From positions 11,803,815 to 11,867,814 of the forward strand of contig MU054323.1 of the NCBI GenBank assembly GCA_013239625.1: a DNA stretch of 64,000 nt, read 5' to 3'. A program made the translations under genes and the position numbers. Under the pieces are notes generated by a model, which worked only from the letters and a program-made list of their open reading frames with translations, did no database searches and had not been told where the DNA came from. The stretch comes from Lama guanicoe (taxonomy: Eukaryota). Below, piece after piece: positions 60,155 through 64,000 of this stretch. How positions within the stretch are numbered: position 1 is the stretch's first letter; the number at the start of each line of letters is the position of its first letter.

Positions 60155-60849
60155 GCTCTGTGATCAGAATCTCCTGAGCTTTTTTACTTCCCAGAGCTTC
60201 TGTGCACTGCTGCCCTTCATTCAACACATCTTTTTGTTCCTTCACATTTTCTTTGTATCTTTCCAGGATCCTTTTCTTGACCATGACCTTTACTTGCCCA
60301 TCACCTACTCTCAGCCACATTTACTCTTGTGTGATCTTCCTGGATTTGGTTTTGGATGGAGGGTATATGATGGTACACCATCCCATGGTGTACTGTATAC
60401 AACATGGTATATGATGGTATCTGATCTCAACCCAGAGATTCCACATCTTCCACCTCCACTCCCACCCACCCACCTGCCACTCTCCTAATCACAGCAGTCA
60501 CCTTCTTCCTCACTGAAAAACATTTGTCTCCAAAACTCATCTTGACACACTGCTCTGCAGCCATCTGTCTAGTCATTTAGTCGGTAAAATCTACTTTCCT
60601 AGAGAATTGGAGGGCTTCACCCTAATGAAGATCATCATTAACACAATCAATCAGCATAGTCCCTGAGTCTAAGTTAAGTCATGAACCAGTTTTCACACAT
60701 TTTTTTTCAATTCTGACTTATTTTTCTAGAGACCAAATGCTTAATTCTGATTCCTAGGACTTATGAAAACAGGTGCTTTGGGGTGAGTTCCAAACAACAG
60801 CCCCCATTCAAAGCAAAAGTCCCACATTCCTCATCCATGCACTAATTCC

Positions 60850-61570
60850 TTCCTTCATTCATTCACCAAATAGATACTGAGCACCTGGTATTTGTTAAGC
60901 CTTACCTGCTATAGTGAAGGAGCAAAAGCAGACAAGTCCCTGCTCCCTTGGAGATAAACAATCACGTATCTGTATTACTGATATGTGATTATAAAGTAAG
61001 TCAAGGGTGAAGAGGGAAAAGAATGCAGTTTGAGGAGATCATGTAGCAAGAGAATTTTATTTAGGCTGGAGAGGGGTGCTCAACTGGAAGCTTTTCTGAG
61101 AATTACAGATTTGCACTCAGTGCTGAAAACAAAGTTACTTAGGCCAATGGGAAAGAAGGAGAATTCCAGGCACAGGGACCTGCATGTGCAAAGGCCCAGT
61201 GGTAAGAGGCAGCATGTTGCATTTAAGGAACTTCAAGAAGACCTGAGTGAGGGGATGACAAAATTCGGTGAGACTAAAGGGGCAAGGGGACAGCTGGACC
61301 TCACAGAGCTTTTGAGGTCATGTTCAAAACTTTGGGCTTTATCTCAATAGCACAGGGAAGGTTGTAGAGGGATGAAGTTATCAGACTCCTGTGTTTCAAG
61401 ACTCCCTTTGGCTGCAGAGATGAAAGCAATCTGGAAGGGGCCAGAATGGTATGGACAGACCGAAAAAGAAGCCAATGCTGTAAATACAAGCCAGATGATG
61501 AAGCTGGGACCAGGCCAATTATAGACCAGATGGGAGAAAGGGATGGATTTGATAGACACTGATGAGGAAA
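60850..61570 (-). mobile_element. L2 fragment
   Basis: CATTCATTCACCAAATAGATACTGAGCACCT...GAATTCCAGGCACAGGGACCTGCATGTGCAAAGGCCC...AGACTCCCTTTGGCTGCAG. Confidence 0.8.
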
Positions 61571-62061
61571 CCCATCAAGAGCATACAGACTACTGAGAGA
61601 GGCAATGCACATAAGTGACCTGTGTGAGTTAACCTATTTTTACATGACACAGAGAAACTGGCTGAATCTAAAATGTTAGCTGTCACTAGGGAAAGTGTCA
61701 TAGACAACATGGCTCTGAACTGGGGCTTATTGAAAGATGGTTAGATTTGGATATGCAGGAATGGAGGAGAATGGGGGATTCCAGATGTCCTCAGGACTAT
61801 GTTTCAGCATTCTGAGGATGGGTTGTCGCACTGGTGTACTTTATACATAGCCTTCTAATTGCCCAGTGTGGAGTAAAACCTGAAAAAATACATCAAGTCA
61901 TATGAAAAGCACACAGACGTACTCATTTAACACTGGCCAATGTGTATTAGGGCCTCCTCTGTGACAGGCACTGTGATTATACACAAAGTGACACCACACA
62001 GGAGAAGCCTTGAAGATGTTCATGGTCCAAACTCAGCAACTTTACATCCCACGGAACAGTC

Positions 62062-62235
62062 TCTAGAAGTAGACTCTGAAGACCATCTGCGTCAATGTCA
62101 CCTGGACAGCTTGATCCAAGTGCAGATTCCTAGGCTTCTCCTGAGACCAGGTGAATCTGATTCTCTGGACTAAGACCCCAGGATCGTCCTCTAAAGCAAA
62201 ACCCCCAGGGAGTGTGTATGCAGCTCAAGCATGAG
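62062..62235. mobile_element. MER5-like MITE
   Basis: TCACCTGG..GTGCAGATTCCTAGGC..CAGGTGAATCTGATTCTCTGG. Confidence 0.6.
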
Positions 62236-62264
62236 CATGGAGGGAGGGGGCAGAGGAGGGAATA

Positions 62265-62420
62265 AGTATTTTCCAAGCAACTGTGCTCCATAACGTGCCA
62301 AGCATTTTACACGGTAAGTCATTTAATCCTCCCAATGACACTACCATATTTATATTTTTATCTTCATTTTACAGATAAAGAAACCAAGATGCAGAGAGGC
62401 TAAAGGTTTAACCTAATGAT
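62265..62420 (-). mobile_element. MIR fragment
   Basis: GTGCCAAGCATTTTACA..TCATTTAATCCTC..CATTTTACAGATAAAGAAACCAAG. Confidence 0.8.
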
Positions 62421-63547
62421 AACAACTCACATGTTATAAAATAGAGTTTTCAAAGGTGATATATCCTCTTTCACAAAATAATTTTTTAAGTTCAGTGTAT
62501 CAGTCAAAAATTGAGGTAGACCATTACCAACAGAATGACATTGGTCTATTTGATGAAAATGAAGATCTGCTTTGATTTTCCCAACAGAGAGAAGCAGATA
62601 TAGTTCCTATGGGCATTTCCTTGACAGGGAACAGTCAGGGAGAAAAGGATCAGAAGGGAAGGTAGGATCAGGGGAGAAGAGAACTGACTCGCAAATTGGA
62701 AAACTGAGTCAGGTGGGACCAAAAATCACCAGAAGGGCCACTTGAGGAATTCACATGCTATCATTTGGCCAAGTCACTGATTTGCAGTCAGAACTGCTTC
62801 TCCAGCACTGAGACTCAGCTGGAATTCAGTGGCCCAGAAGTATAGACCCTGCAGAGCCACTTCTAACAGAAGGAAACAGCAAGCAAAAAATATCAACACC
62901 CTTTCTCCCCGCTCCAGGTTTCAATATAACCTGCTGGGTTAGGCACTCCCTGGTCCTTCCCAGATTGCAGACCATGCCCAGCAAAGCGGACACAAACCCA
63001 GAGAAACAAATTTGCAATTCAGCCACCAGGAGTTACAAGGAGAGAACTGCCAGGTAGAATAAGCAGGCAGGAGACTGCAGCAGATGACAGTGGAGGTTTA
63101 ATTTCGTCATGCAGAGGAAGATTGGCAAGCATGTCCCAAATGGAGCAGATTACTGCAGTGGAGGTGAAATATTTCATAGGATATTTTCAGAGGGAGATGC
63201 ATGCAGAGGAAATGGTTCCAAATATATTATTTTTTAAAATATCTTTGCAGTAACAAGCTAGGTAGGAGCATGTGGGTAATTGATACATATGCATGAGAGC
63301 ATAATTAAGAACGATAAGACCTGGAAGATTTTCAAGCTCTATGGCAATTATAAACTATGAAAAAGTACCCTTCCTTGGGGTGTTGGGCTATTATTCAAGC
63401 ATCTCTCCTCATTATAGTGGCTGGAACTTACATAGCACCACAGAGAAATGGAATAAACAAGGGGTGAGTTATCAAAAACTAATAATGATGCCTGGCTTTG
63501 TGTTTTTCCAAGAATCTTCCCACAGATGATCTTATTTGATCCCTACA

Positions 63548-64000
63548 TGTATTAGTTCCCTATTGCTGCTGTAACAAATCACTACAAATTTAAGATGCTT
63601 AAAATAACTTTTTTTTTCTCTTTCAGCTCTAGAAGTCAGAAGTCCAAAAGGAGTCTTGCAGGACTAAATCAAGGTATCAGCGGGAGTTGTGAAGGCATCA
63701 GGGGAGAATCTGTTTCTTGTCTTTTCCAACTTGTAGTCCTTGGTCTGTGATCCCTTCCTGCACCTTCGAGCCCAGCCACATAACATCTTCAGGTCTCTCT
63801 CTGCTTCTGTGACCACATCACCTTTTGTCCCTCTGATCTCCTGCCTCTCTTTTATAAGGACCCCTGTGATTACATCAGATCCAACTGGATAATCCAAGAT
63901 AATCTGCCCATCTCAAAATCTTTAATTTAATCATATCTACAAAGTCCCTTTTGCCATAAAGGTCACATATTCACAGGTTCCAGGGATTAGGATGTGAAAT
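63548..64000 (-). mobile_element. MaLR LTR (MLT1D-like), runs off the window end
   Basis: TGTATTAGTT..TTGCTGCTGTAACAAAT...AAATCAAGGTATCAGC...GGATAATCCAAGATAATCTGCCCATCTCAAAATC...ATATTCACAGGTTCCAGGGATTAGGATGTG. Confidence 0.9.

Noticed and set aside
59954..60320. Protein-like minus ORFs (KRILERYKENVKEQ...; faint resemblance to a viral nucleoprotein or a pseudogene)
   Set aside because: The downstream half appears to be an LTR16-like LTR and the upstream half is simply purine-rich; there is no sustained similarity to any family I know.
45530..64000. 3' exons of CAPN14, the expected syntenic neighbour
   Set aside because: No calpain penta-EF-hand coding sequence or convincing exon was recognised; if present it lies beyond the window.
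1..64000. CRISPR arrays, operons, intact transposase or reverse-transcriptase genes, or other novel multi-gene systems
   Set aside because: This is eukaryotic intronic and intergenic DNA with no regularly spaced repeat-spacer array and no long intact ORFs; all mobile elements are degenerate or non-autonomous.

Overview
Mammalian genomic DNA, most likely from a camelid (alpaca, vicuna or camel), inferred from two tRNA-Ala-derived vic-1-like SINEs and artiodactyl-type L1 3' ends. The only supportable protein-coding feature is coding exon 1 of GALNT14 (polypeptide N-acetylgalactosaminyltransferase 14) on the minus strand, 44673->44545. It has 43 codons encoding the cytoplasmic tail, type II signal-anchor and start of the stem, and lies in a ~1.5 kb CpG island. 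Positions 1-44544 are the 5' part of the long first intron; ~45500-64000 is upstream sequence with no recognisable exons. The remainder is ordinary interspersed repeats (L1, L2, MIR, MaLR/ERVL LTRs, hAT-Charlie MER5/MER58, SINEs) and microsatellites. Repeat names and boundaries were recognised by eye and are approximate. I found no convincing novel biological system. The best second-look items are small: two TSD-flanked micro-retroinsertions, competing splice donors after exon 1, an ATG-free kilobase and motif clusters at the promoter, candidate intronic enhancers, and a templated hairpin/direct-repeat scar.
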